DNA from: Lachnospiraceae bacterium
GTDB lineage: Bacteria; Bacillota; Clostridia; Lachnospirales; Lachnospiraceae
Direction: 5' to 3'
Length of the DNA: 32,000 bases
Assembly (NCBI GenBank): GCA_024403355.1
Contig: JAKSRW010000014.1
Span: 1 to 32,000, forward strand
Numbering within the stretch: position 1 is the stretch's first letter; every line of letters starts with the position of its first letter. The position numbers were made by a program, and so were the translations under genes. The notes beneath the pieces are model-generated. The model was not told where the DNA came from. It searched no databases and saw only the letters and a list, made by a program, of their open reading frames with translations. Below are positions 17,750 through 26,299 of the stretch, piece by piece.

Positions 17750-19819
17750 ATGAACAAGAAACCTTATTACATGACTACTGCGATTGCCTATGCATCAGGC
17801 AAGCCGCACATCGGCAATACCTACGAGATTATCCTCGCAGACAGTATTGCACGTTTCAAGAAGCTTCAGGGCTTCGATGTACGTTTTCAGACAGGTACCG
17901 ACGAGCACGGTATCAAGGTTGAGGAGAAGGCAGCAATCGCAGGCCAGACACCCAAGCAGTTTGTAGACGAGGTAGCAGGCGAAATCAAAAGAGTTTTTGA
18001 CTTAGTAGGTGCAAAGTATGACCGCTTCATCCGTACAACAGATGAGGATCATGAGAAGCAGACACAGAAGATTTTCAGAAAGCTCTATGAAAAGGGCGAT
18101 ATTTACAAGAATGAGTACGAGGGAATGTACTGTAAGCCCTGTGAGTCATTCTTCACGGCCAGCCAGCTTGTGGACGGCAAGTGCCCCGACTGCGGACGTC
18201 CCTGTACACCCGCAAAGGAGGAGGCATACTTCTTCAAAATGAGCAAATATGCCGACAGACTTATCGAGCATATCAATACACACCCCGAGTTCATTCAGCC
18301 CGAATCACGTAAAAACGAGATGCTGAAGAACTTCCTCCTTCCCGGTCTTAAGGACCTTTGCGTATCACGTACGACCGTTAAGTGGGGTGTGCCCGTAGAT
18401 TTCGATCCCAAGCACACAATCTATGTATGGATTGATGCTCTCAGCAACTACATCACCGGTCTTGGCTATGATGTAGACGGCAATAATGATGAATTATTCA
18501 ATAAATACTGGCCCTGTGACCTTCACCTTATCGGTAAGGACATCTTAAGATTCCACACTATTTACTGGCCTATCCTTCTTATGGCACTTGATGTTCCGCT
18601 TCCTAAGCAGGTATTCGGACATCCCTGGCTGCTGCGCGGCGGTGACAAGATGAGTAAGTCAAAGGGTAACGTAATCTATGCGGATGATGTTGCGGGACTT
18701 TTCGGTGTCGATGCGGTTCGTTACTTCGTACTTCATGAGATGCCCTTCGAAAATGACGGCGTAATCACCTGGGAGCTTCTTGTTGAGCGTCTTAATTCAG
18801 ACCTCGCAAATGTTCTCGGAAACCTTGTAAACCGTACGGTTTCAATGAGCAACAAGTATTTCGGCGGCGTTGTAAACAATGCGGGTGCAGCTGAGCCTGT
18901 TGACGAGGAGCTTATCGCACTTGCAAAGGCCACCCGTGCAATCGTTGTGGCAAAGATGGACGAGCTTCGTGTAGCGGACGCACTTACCGAGATTTTCAAT
19001 CTTTTCAAGCGCTGCAACAAGTATATCGATGAGACAGCACCCTGGGCTCTTGCAAAGGATGAGGCAAAGAAGGAGCGTCTTGAGACAGTTCTTTACAACC
19101 TTATCGAGAGCATTACAATCGGCGCAAGCCTTTTAGCCCCCTTCCTTCCCGAGACCGCAGAGAAGATTTTTGCACAGCTTAATACTTCTGCACGCGAGCT
19201 TGAGGAGCTTGGTGATTTCGGAAAATATCCTTCAGGCAATAAGGTAACGGAGAAGCCTGAAATCCTTTTCGCAAGACTTGACCTCAAGGAGGTTATGGAA
19301 AAGGTAGACGTTATCGCTCAGAAGCAGATTGAGGAATTTAAGGCTGAGCAGGCAAAGATTGATGCCTACAATAAGGCACACGGCATTTTAACAGGTGAGG
19401 AAAAGAAGGAGGAGGCAAAGGCTGAGGCTGAAAAGGCTGCGGACGGCTATGTTGCCGGCGACGGCTTCCCTGAGCTTCATGTTCCCACAAAGGCTGAGAT
19501 TACATATGATGATTTTGCAAAGCTTGAGTTCAGAGTCGGTGAAATCATTAAGTGTGAGGAGGTTAAGAAGTCAAAGAAGCTTCTCTGCTCACAGGTTAAG
19601 ATAGGTGCCGATGTTAAGCAGATTGTGTCAGGTATCAAGGCACATTACACACCTGAGCAGATGGTCGGCAAGAAGGTAATGGTAGTGGTAAACCTTAAGC
19701 CCGCCACACTTGCGGGACTTAGTTCAGAGGGTATGATTCTCTGTGCCGAGGATGAAAACGGCGAGCTCGCACTTATGGTTCCCGAGAAGCCCTTTAGTGC
19801 AGGAAGCGAAATCTGCTGA
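17750..19819 (+). CDS. metG: Methionine--tRNA ligase with a C-terminal tRNA-binding (Trbp111/EMAP-like) domain
   Basis: HIGN and KMSKS motifs and a CPDCG zinc knuckle. The start at ATG 17750 (MNKKPYY) follows gaaagga. The upstream part of the ORF-track frame overlaps the T-box leader and is not coding. Confidence 0.95.
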   Translation: MNKKPYYMTTAIAYASGKPHIGNTYEIILADSIARFKKLQGFDVRFQTGTDEHGIKVEEKAAIAGQTPKQFVDEVAGEIKRVFDLVGAKYDRFIRTTDEDHEKQTQKIFRKLYEKGDIYKNEYEGMYCKPCESFFTASQLVDGKCPDCGRPCTPAKEEAYFFKMSKYADRLIEHINTHPEFIQPESRKNEMLKNFLLPGLKDLCVSRTTVKWGVPVDFDPKHTIYVWIDALSNYITGLGYDVDGNNDELFNKYWPCDLHLIGKDILRFHTIYWPILLMALDVPLPKQVFGHPWLLRGGDKMSKSKGNVIYADDVAGLFGVDAVRYFVLHEMPFENDGVITWELLVERLNSDLANVLGNLVNRTVSMSNKYFGGVVNNAGAAEPVDEELIALAKATRAIVVAKMDELRVADALTEIFNLFKRCNKYIDETAPWALAKDEAKKERLETVLYNLIESITIGASLLAPFLPETAEKIFAQLNTSARELEELGDFGKYPSGNKVTEKPEILFARLDLKEVMEKVDVIAQKQIEEFKAEQAKIDAYNKAHGILTGEEKKEEAKAEAEKAADGYVAGDGFPELHVPTKAEITYDDFAKLEFRVGEIIKCEEVKKSKKLLCSQVKIGADVKQIVSGIKAHYTPEQMVGKKVMVVVNLKPATLAGLSSEGMILCAEDENGELALMVPEKPFSAGSEIC

Positions 19820-19912
19820 TGCATATAAGAATTTATACGTGTAAGCATTGACATAAGCGGGCAAAAGAGGCCGAATCCGGCTGAAATCTGCCCCACTGTA
19901 TTAAAATATTTA

Positions 19913-19941
19913 TTGATAATATACAGAAAGTATGATAAACT
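19913..19941 (+). promoter_or_regulatory. Sigma-70-like promoter with extended -10
   Basis: TTGATA, 17-nt spacer, TAAACT with TG at -15/-14. Confidence 0.55.
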
Positions 19942-20044
19942 ATCTTCGATACTGTACGGCTTGTGGGGGGAAACGTCATTTCTGTACAGATTCGTAAACT
20001 AACTGCCAGTATTTGGCAGGCTTAAAGAAAGGCATGGTTATATT

Positions 20045-20812
20045 ATGAACAGAATTAAGAAAGCAGCCAGCATGGTTCTGGCTATGATCGGTGTTCTTGC
20101 TCTTGCATTTGCTTTCTCACCTGCAAAGCAGACAAGTGCGATGACTACCACAGAAATGAATGCAGCATACAAGCTTGGCAATATCGGCAGCGATAAGAAG
20201 GGCGAGACACTTGGTGCAGCAAACTTAAACGAAGTTAAGTCAACCTACTACAAGTTCACTATTGACAGAGAGCTTGAGGTAACCTTCAAGGTTACATTCC
20301 CCGGCGATTTCTCAAAGAAGATTTATGTATGTCTCTGGAACGGTGATAACACACGTCTCAGAGGTAACGTAACTTCAGAGGCTAACTTCAAGTATGACGG
20401 TGACAAGAACATCTCATATGACAAGTGGACATCAACTCTTAGTGCAGGAACATACTTCATTCAGGTTGAAGAGCATTATACAAACCCCGGAACAAAGTTC
20501 GAGGTTACAACATCAGCTAAGATTGACCAGAAGATGTCTCTTACAGCTGCTAAGCTTACAAAGAACAAGACAGTTAAGCTTACATGGACAGAGTGCTCAG
20601 GCGTAGACGGTTACACAATCTACAGAGCAGATGAGAAGAATGGTAAGTACACAGTAGTTGGCCGTGTAACAGATCCCGATGATACATCTTTCGAGGATAC
20701 AAAGGTTAGAACAGGCAGAAAGTACTACTACAAGGTTCGTGCATACGATAAGACAAACAATGGTACACAGTACACACCTTACACAAAGATTAAGAAGGTT
20801 ACAGTAAAGTAA
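20045..20812 (+). CDS. Small secreted protein: signal peptide, PPC-like beta-sandwich domain, FN3-like domain
   Basis: Signal peptide MVLAMIGVLALAFAFSPAKQTSA. YYKFTI...LSAGTYFIQV resembles pre-peptidase C-terminal domains. FN3-like block: KLTWTECSGVDGYTIYRAD...GRKYYYKVRAY. Confidence 0.7.
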   Translation: MNRIKKAASMVLAMIGVLALAFAFSPAKQTSAMTTTEMNAAYKLGNIGSDKKGETLGAANLNEVKSTYYKFTIDRELEVTFKVTFPGDFSKKIYVCLWNGDNTRLRGNVTSEANFKYDGDKNISYDKWTSTLSAGTYFIQVEEHYTNPGTKFEVTTSAKIDQKMSLTAAKLTKNKTVKLTWTECSGVDGYTIYRADEKNGKYTVVGRVTDPDDTSFEDTKVRTGRKYYYKVRAYDKTNNGTQYTPYTKIKKVTVK

Positions 20813-20862
20813 TTTGTTTGACGGATGCGAACTGATTCGCAGTTAAGAAGAAATATAATAAT

Positions 20863-20896
20863 CGGGGCTGTCGTTTAGGCGACCGCCCCGTTTGTC
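20863..20896 (+). terminator. Intrinsic terminator
   Basis: cggggctgtcg-tttagg-cgaccgccccg followed by tttgtc. Confidence 0.7.
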
Positions 20897-20992
20897 AGTT
20901 AAAGGTCTTGTGCCCGGATATTGGCGGCAGAGAGTATAGACAGAAAGGCATGGCTTTGATTGCAGTGCAGGCGGAAAGGCATGGTAATCGGT

Positions 20993-22060
20993 ATGGAAAC
21001 AATTGTCAAAAAAATAAACGCGGATGCAATGGAGAGTGAGGATTTTTTTGAAGCGGTGAAGATTCTTCGCAGCGGCGGACTTGTTGCATTTCCTACAGAG
21101 ACCGTATACGGACTTGGCGGGGATGCCTTTGACCCTACTGCGGCCAAAAGAATTTATGCGGCGAAGGGAAGACCCTCGGATAATCCTCTTATAGTTCATA
21201 TTGCGGATATCGGTGAGCTGGAGGGGCTCTGCGAGAATATTCCCGCAACTGCCTACAGTCTGGCGGACGCCTTCTGGCCCGGTCCTCTGACCATGATTTT
21301 GCAGAAAAAGGCATGTATTCCGACAGAGACCACGGGCGGACTTGACACGGTAGCCATCAGAATGCCTTCAAATCCCATTGCCCGCAGGCTGATAAGGGAA
21401 GCTGGACTTCCTGTTGCGGCACCTTCGGCCAATGCTTCCGGAAGACCGTCAACCACAAAGGCAGAGCATGTAATAGAGGATTTAGACGGAAAAATCGAGA
21501 TGATTATCGATGGCGGTGCATCTGCCATCGGACTTGAATCGACTATTGTGGACCTTACCTCCAATCCGGTATTGATTCTTCGTCCCGGATATATTACAAT
21601 CGAGATGCTGAGGAAAATAATTCCCGATGTTGAATATGACAAGGCTGTTCTTAAGCGCGAGAGAAATGATAACATTGTGGCTAAGGCACCGGGCATGAAG
21701 TACCGTCATTACGCACCAAAAGGCGATTTAACGATATTTGACGGTAAGGATGAGAATGTGTGCGCCGCGATTGAAAAGGCCGTAAATGAGGCTTTTGAGA
21801 GCGGACAGACGGCAGGTGTGCTCTGCAGTGCGGAGCTTGCGGACAGACTCAGTATTGACAGGGAACGCGTCCGGCTGTGTGTGCCGGGTTCAAAGACTGA
21901 TGAGGCTGCCATTGCGGCTGAGCTTTTTGATTCACTCCGTTCCTTTGATGATGCGGGAACGGGACTTATATTTGCGGAAAGCTTCAGCACGGACGACCTC
22001 GGACAGGCCATTATGAACAGACTTATTAAAGCAGCCGGCTATCATATTGTAGAGGTATAG
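20993..22060 (+). CDS. tsaC: L-threonylcarbamoyladenylate synthase, long Sua5/YwlC type
   Basis: GGLVAFPTETVYGLGGDAF and AAKGRPSDNPLIVHI motifs plus a C-terminal Sua5 domain. The start is uncertain (20960, 20981 or 20993). Confidence 0.9.
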   Translation: METIVKKINADAMESEDFFEAVKILRSGGLVAFPTETVYGLGGDAFDPTAAKRIYAAKGRPSDNPLIVHIADIGELEGLCENIPATAYSLADAFWPGPLTMILQKKACIPTETTGGLDTVAIRMPSNPIARRLIREAGLPVAAPSANASGRPSTTKAEHVIEDLDGKIEMIIDGGASAIGLESTIVDLTSNPVLILRPGYITIEMLRKIIPDVEYDKAVLKRERNDNIVAKAPGMKYRHYAPKGDLTIFDGKDENVCAAIEKAVNEAFESGQTAGVLCSAELADRLSIDRERVRLCVPGSKTDEAAIAAELFDSLRSFDDAGTGLIFAESFSTDDLGQAIMNRLIKAAGYHIVEV

Positions 22061-22102
22061 GAGCCGGAAATAATTAAATTTTATAATAAAGGAGAACAGA
22101 TT

Positions 22103-22528
22103 ATGTTAGCAATTGGCAGTGATCACGCAGGCTATGCATTAAAGCAGGCAGTTATGAAGCATTTAGAGGAAAGAGGCGTAGAGTACAAGGATTACGGAAC
22201 CTACAGTGAGGCTTCATGTGATTATCCTGATTTTGCTGAGGCAGTAAGCCAGGCAATCATCAGCGGTGAGGCAGAGAACGGAATTCTCATCTGCGGTACA
22301 GGTATCGGTATCTCAATCGCAGCAAACAGACACAAGGAGATTCGTGCCGCACTGTGCGGAGACTGCTTCAGTGCAGAGGCTACACGTCAGCACAACGATG
22401 CAAATATCCTTGCCATGGGTGCGAGAGTAGTAGGTGAAGGTCTTGCGGTAAAGATTGTTGATACCTTCCTTGATACACCCTTCTCAAACGGTGCAAACCA
22501 CGTAAGAAGAATTTCAAAGATGAGCTAA
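22103..22528 (+). CDS. rpiB: Ribose-5-phosphate isomerase B
   Basis: RBS aaaggag. IGSDHAGYALK and ILICGTGIGISIAANR motifs. Confidence 0.9.
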   Translation: MLAIGSDHAGYALKQAVMKHLEERGVEYKDYGTYSEASCDYPDFAEAVSQAIISGEAENGILICGTGIGISIAANRHKEIRAALCGDCFSAEATRQHNDANILAMGARVVGEGLAVKIVDTFLDTPFSNGANHVRRISKMS

Positions 22529-22654
22529 GTAATTTTCATTAATTTAGTACTCGGAAGCCGTATAAGCCGGCAAAGCCTGCGCTCGCAGACTTATTCGGGT
22601 GAAGTTAATAAATGTGGAAACTTGGTTCTAAGAGTTGTATTTTTGGAGAAATCT

Positions 22655-25135
22655 ATGGAGCAGGAAATTGTAAAATATGATGCTTTCATCAGCTACAGAC
22701 ATTCGGAGCTCGACAGATATGTGGCAATGACCATACAAAAGAGGCTTGAGGGCTTCAGGCTTCCAAAGAACTTTTCAAAGAAACGGGAGGGTGGCAGAAA
22801 TGTCATCTCCCGTATTTTTCGTGACCAGGATGAGCTGTCGCTGGCGGATAATCTGGCTGAGCCTCTTGCTCTGGCGCTTGAAAATTCCGATTTCCTGATT
22901 GTAATAAGCACACCGAGATATCCGCAGTCAGACTGGTGTCTGCAGGAGATTGAGAATTTCCTGAAAAATCACGACATGGACCATGTTCTTGTGGTACTGG
23001 CTGAGGGTGAGCCTGATGAGTCCTTCCCTGAAATTCTGACCTATCGTGACGTCGAAATAACCGATGATAACGGAAATGTCAGAATCGAGCGTAAAAGCAT
23101 GGAGCCGCTTGCGGCAGATGTGAGGGGCGCGGACAAACGTGAGATTAATAAAAAGATGGACGATGCCGTTTTGAGAATTGCGGCGGCCATGTTCGGTGTT
23201 TCCTTTGACAGTCTCAAGCAGCGCCACCGTGAGCAGCGAATGAGGCGAATGATTGCCTTTTTTGGCAGTGTGGCGGCGGTATTACTCATTTTTTCAATCG
23301 TCTGTTTTGCCCTTCTTACAAAAATCAATGACCAGAAAAGCATTATTTCCGAGCAGTATCGTGACATTCAGCTGAGATATGCCAATTCGATGGTAAATGC
23401 CTCGCAGCAGCTTATGTCAGCGGGGCGAAGGAAGGATGCGGTATATCTGGTAAATAAGGTCCTGCCGGAGAATCCCGTGGATGAGACCATTCCCTACAGT
23501 GCTGAGGCAGAGCGTGCTCTGGCGTCGGCTCTGGAGCTTTATGATCGCAGGAACGGTTTTTCGGTAAAGGGAAGCGTAGATGCCGAATCAGGTGTATCTG
23601 AGCTGACAGCTTCGGCTTCCGGCCGATATTTAGCATTTGCTTCGCAGGACGGAAATATTGTCATTTACGATATGATAGCGGAAAAAGAGGTCGGCAGAAC
23701 CGGGCTTTCCGGCAGCTATACCCAGCTGATTTATCTGAGCTTCATGGGGGAAGACAAGCTGTTTTTCTTTGAAAACGGCGAGGTTCACCGCTATGATATT
23801 TTAAGCGGCAGGGACGAACTGCTCTATCGTGGGGAGAACTGCTCTGTATATCTGTCAGAGGAGGGTAAGGTCTTTGCTGTATGGGAAGATAATATTTTAC
23901 GTATCTTTGATCTAAATAATAAAGAAATCTTCTCAGGGGATTTTATGGAGCAGCTGGCCGAATATGCGGGCAGGGAGCTTGAAATTGCGGCTGCATCCTG
24001 CTCACATTCCGGAAAGACGCTTACTCTTGCACTTTCACCCTACGGCGGCGGGGCAAGCGTGCTGATTTCTGTGGATTTAATAAATTCCGAAGAAGTATTT
24101 TTTGACATATACACGATAAATGCAAATGTCTGTATCGCCAATAGCGATGATATGATATACTTTGTCGTTTACAACGGATATACGCCGGACACCATGTTTG
24201 CAAATGTATACGGTATCAGCTTTGCAACAGGCCAGCCCCTTTGGGCATCATCCGTTTACAATGATGTATTCACAAGGATTGACTACATTGAGGATGCCGG
24301 CAGGGAATACGTGGTCACGGCCGGTGACAAGCGTGTGTCCCTGTATACTGCCGACGACGGCCAGCGACTGTGCGATGAACTGACTTCAGAGCTGATTATC
24401 TCAATGAACAGAACGCAGGCAGGTGACGCTGTTATGTTTTCGTTAAAGAACGGCGGTGTTTTAAAGCTTGACGCGAGTGCAGTGATTGTTGATTATTCGC
24501 TGAATTACTTTAATTACTCTATGTCGAATGTGCTGGACTATTGCAGGGTTTATGACAATTGCGTTGTGGCGCATATTCTCTATTCGGATTATGTCTACTA
24601 TATGACCCGCTATGATACGCCCGGCTATAAGCTTCTTCCGGATATGTCGGACAACAGCCACAGTTATCCTTACAGGGACAATTCAGAACTGATTAAGGAG
24701 CTTGGAATAGACGGTTCAAATATCAGCGCTTCCCTGGAATCCGAGGACGGAAAGCTTTTTATAACAGAGCTTTCAAACGGAGAATTATCCGTATACTCAA
24801 TCGAAGGTAAAAGGCTTCTGAACACGATTTACGGAAGCTATTCGCTTATGAGAAGGCTGATTTACTGCAGTGAAATCGACAAATATTTATTGATTAAGTC
24901 AAAAAGCAGCCTGCTTTTGAATTCCGACGGTGAAGTAGTTGCTGAGCTGCAGGATGTATATGATTACTGCGTGAACGGCGTACCCGGCTTTGTAATGAAG
25001 GAGGCTCAGACCGGCGAGGAGAGCAGCTTCTACTTTGCACCCTATGTGACCTACGAGCAGCTGATAGCCACTGCAAAAAGCTATCTGGGCGACTACGAGC
25101 CCTCACAGAAGATTAGAAAACGCTACGGAATATAA
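22655..25135 (+). CDS. TIR domain protein with a single TM helix and a large C-terminal WD40-like beta-propeller region
   Basis: Start ATG 22655 lies after GGAGA. TIR box 1 is KYDAFISY. The SDWCLQEIENF helix carries the conserved Glu (codon 22946-22948). A KQRHREQRMRR stretch precedes the TM helix MIAFFGSVAAVLLIFSIVCFALL (about 23249-23320). Repeated SxDGxxLAxxxxDGxIxIYD-type blades follow. Confidence 0.8.
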   Translation: MEQEIVKYDAFISYRHSELDRYVAMTIQKRLEGFRLPKNFSKKREGGRNVISRIFRDQDELSLADNLAEPLALALENSDFLIVISTPRYPQSDWCLQEIENFLKNHDMDHVLVVLAEGEPDESFPEILTYRDVEITDDNGNVRIERKSMEPLAADVRGADKREINKKMDDAVLRIAAAMFGVSFDSLKQRHREQRMRRMIAFFGSVAAVLLIFSIVCFALLTKINDQKSIISEQYRDIQLRYANSMVNASQQLMSAGRRKDAVYLVNKVLPENPVDETIPYSAEAERALASALELYDRRNGFSVKGSVDAESGVSELTASASGRYLAFASQDGNIVIYDMIAEKEVGRTGLSGSYTQLIYLSFMGEDKLFFFENGEVHRYDILSGRDELLYRGENCSVYLSEEGKVFAVWEDNILRIFDLNNKEIFSGDFMEQLAEYAGRELEIAAASCSHSGKTLTLALSPYGGGASVLISVDLINSEEVFFDIYTINANVCIANSDDMIYFVVYNGYTPDTMFANVYGISFATGQPLWASSVYNDVFTRIDYIEDAGREYVVTAGDKRVSLYTADDGQRLCDELTSELIISMNRTQAGDAVMFSLKNGGVLKLDASAVIVDYSLNYFNYSMSNVLDYCRVYDNCVVAHILYSDYVYYMTRYDTPGYKLLPDMSDNSHSYPYRDNSELIKELGIDGSNISASLESEDGKLFITELSNGELSVYSIEGKRLLNTIYGSYSLMRRLIYCSEIDKYLLIKSKSSLLLNSDGEVVAELQDVYDYCVNGVPGFVMKEAQTGEESSFYFAPYVTYEQLIATAKSYLGDYEPSQKIRKRYGI

Positions 25136-25146
25136 AAGGAAAAAAT

Positions 25147-25617
25147 ATGATAAGGTCTACATTGTGTTATCTGGAAAAGGACGGCTGTTATCTGATGCTG
25201 CTCCGTAATAAAAAGAAGCAGGATTGCAATAAAGGAAAATGGATAGGTGTCGGCGGAAAATTCGAAGAAGGAGAGACTGCAGAAGAGTGCATAGCCCGTG
25301 AAGTATTTGAGGAGACCGGTATAAGGCTGATTTCGGCTCATTTTTACGGGGTAGTGGAATTCCGTTCCGATACAGATGAGGATGAGGACATGTACCTTTT
25401 TTCCTCAAAGGACTTCGAGGGCGAAACTGATACCGATAAAATAGACTGCAATGAAGGCAGTCTGAAGTGGATAGCCAAAGAAGAAATAATGGACCTTCAT
25501 CTCTGGGAAGGAGACCGGGTTTTCCTTCAGAAAATGCTGCAAGGTGAAGATGCAATAAATCTGCGCCTGGAGTACACTGGTGGAAATCTGACGGGAGCGT
25601 ATAAAATAAAAAGATAA
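25147..25617 (+). CDS. Nudix hydrolase (MutT/8-oxo-dGTPase-like)
   Basis: Perfect Nudix box GKFEEGETAEECIAREVFEETGI. The start is 11 nt after the TIR stop, and its RBS aaagga abuts and partly overlaps that stop. Confidence 0.85.
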   Translation: MIRSTLCYLEKDGCYLMLLRNKKKQDCNKGKWIGVGGKFEEGETAEECIAREVFEETGIRLISAHFYGVVEFRSDTDEDEDMYLFSSKDFEGETDTDKIDCNEGSLKWIAKEEIMDLHLWEGDRVFLQKMLQGEDAINLRLEYTGGNLTGAYKIKR

Positions 25618-25658
25618 CCCACTGCCTTTAGGCGGTGGGTGAAGCGGTCACGAGTTTG
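25600..25658 (+). repeat. Dispersed repeat, module A copy 2 joined directly to module C
   Basis: tataaaataaaaagataacccactgcctttaggcggtgggtgaagc + ggtcacgagtttg. It overlaps the last 6 codons (including the stop) of the Nudix gene. On the minus strand the hairpin is followed by ttatcttttt, so it may also terminate the DUF402 gene. Confidence 0.85.
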
Positions 25659-25699
25659 GTTAATTGTATTATCTGACAAAGTCTGCCGGGGATGGCTTA

Positions 25700-26185
25700 T
25701 CAGGCCTCTGCATTGTCAATGACAGCCTGAAGTCTGTCGAATCTGCCGCGGTAGATGCAGGTCAGAAGCTCATTCATGGCACGAAGGCCGTATAAAAGCT
25801 GCTCCTTTGTAATAAGGCCCTTCTCATAGGCCTCTGCGGCCTCGTCACTGTCCAGCACCTTAATTGCACCGTTAGGATATACCACGACATCAAAAAGCAG
25901 ATCCTCGTAGGTCATGGAATTCTCGGCCTCGTTCTTAACCACATCTATAATGTCACAGTACCAGTATTTTACTTTATTCTCACAGTCAAGAATCTTTGAA
26001 ACCTTCCAGCCCTTATCAAAGAAAAATGCAGAGATACCGCCGACAAAATCCTGACGCGGTTTGAGTGTCTTCCATTTTGTAATGAGCAGATCATCCTCAA
26101 ATTTTAATATTGTATCATTTATCAGGGGAGTAAACTCCTCGGGAATATAACGTCGTCTGTAGAGCTTTAAATCTTCTATTTTCAT
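25700..26185 (-). CDS. DUF402 family protein (Ntdp/FomD-like nucleoside di/triphosphatase fold)
   Basis: Pattern YRRRYIPEE...KWYCDIIDV...DLLFDVVVYPNG, typical of DUF402. Confidence 0.65.
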   Translation of the reverse strand: MKIEDLKLYRRRYIPEEFTPLINDTILKFEDDLLITKWKTLKPRQDFVGGISAFFFDKGWKVSKILDCENKVKYWYCDIIDVVKNEAENSMTYEDLLFDVVVYPNGAIKVLDSDEAAEAYEKGLITKEQLLYGLRAMNELLTCIYRGRFDRLQAVIDNAEA

Positions 26186-26256
26186 ACTGCCATGCCCGCC
26201 CGCATTCGGAATGCGTCCTTTCCGATATACCTATATCTCATAAAAATATTACAACC

Positions 26257-26285
26257 ATTATACGACAGCGAAACCTCACTTTCAA
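26257..26285 (-). promoter_or_regulatory. Consensus-like sigma-70 promoter for the DUF402 gene
   Basis: On the minus strand: TTGAAA, 17-nt spacer, TATAAT. Confidence 0.65.
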
Positions 26286-26299
26286 CCCCCAAAACACTT

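Noticed and set aside
25147-25617. The Nudix gene as a definite component of a TIR defence system
   Set aside because: This is not rejected outright, but it is downgraded. The sequence also fits housekeeping MutT/MTH1-like 8-oxo-dGTPases, and tight spacing alone does not prove a functional link. It is kept as a hypothesis in the findings.
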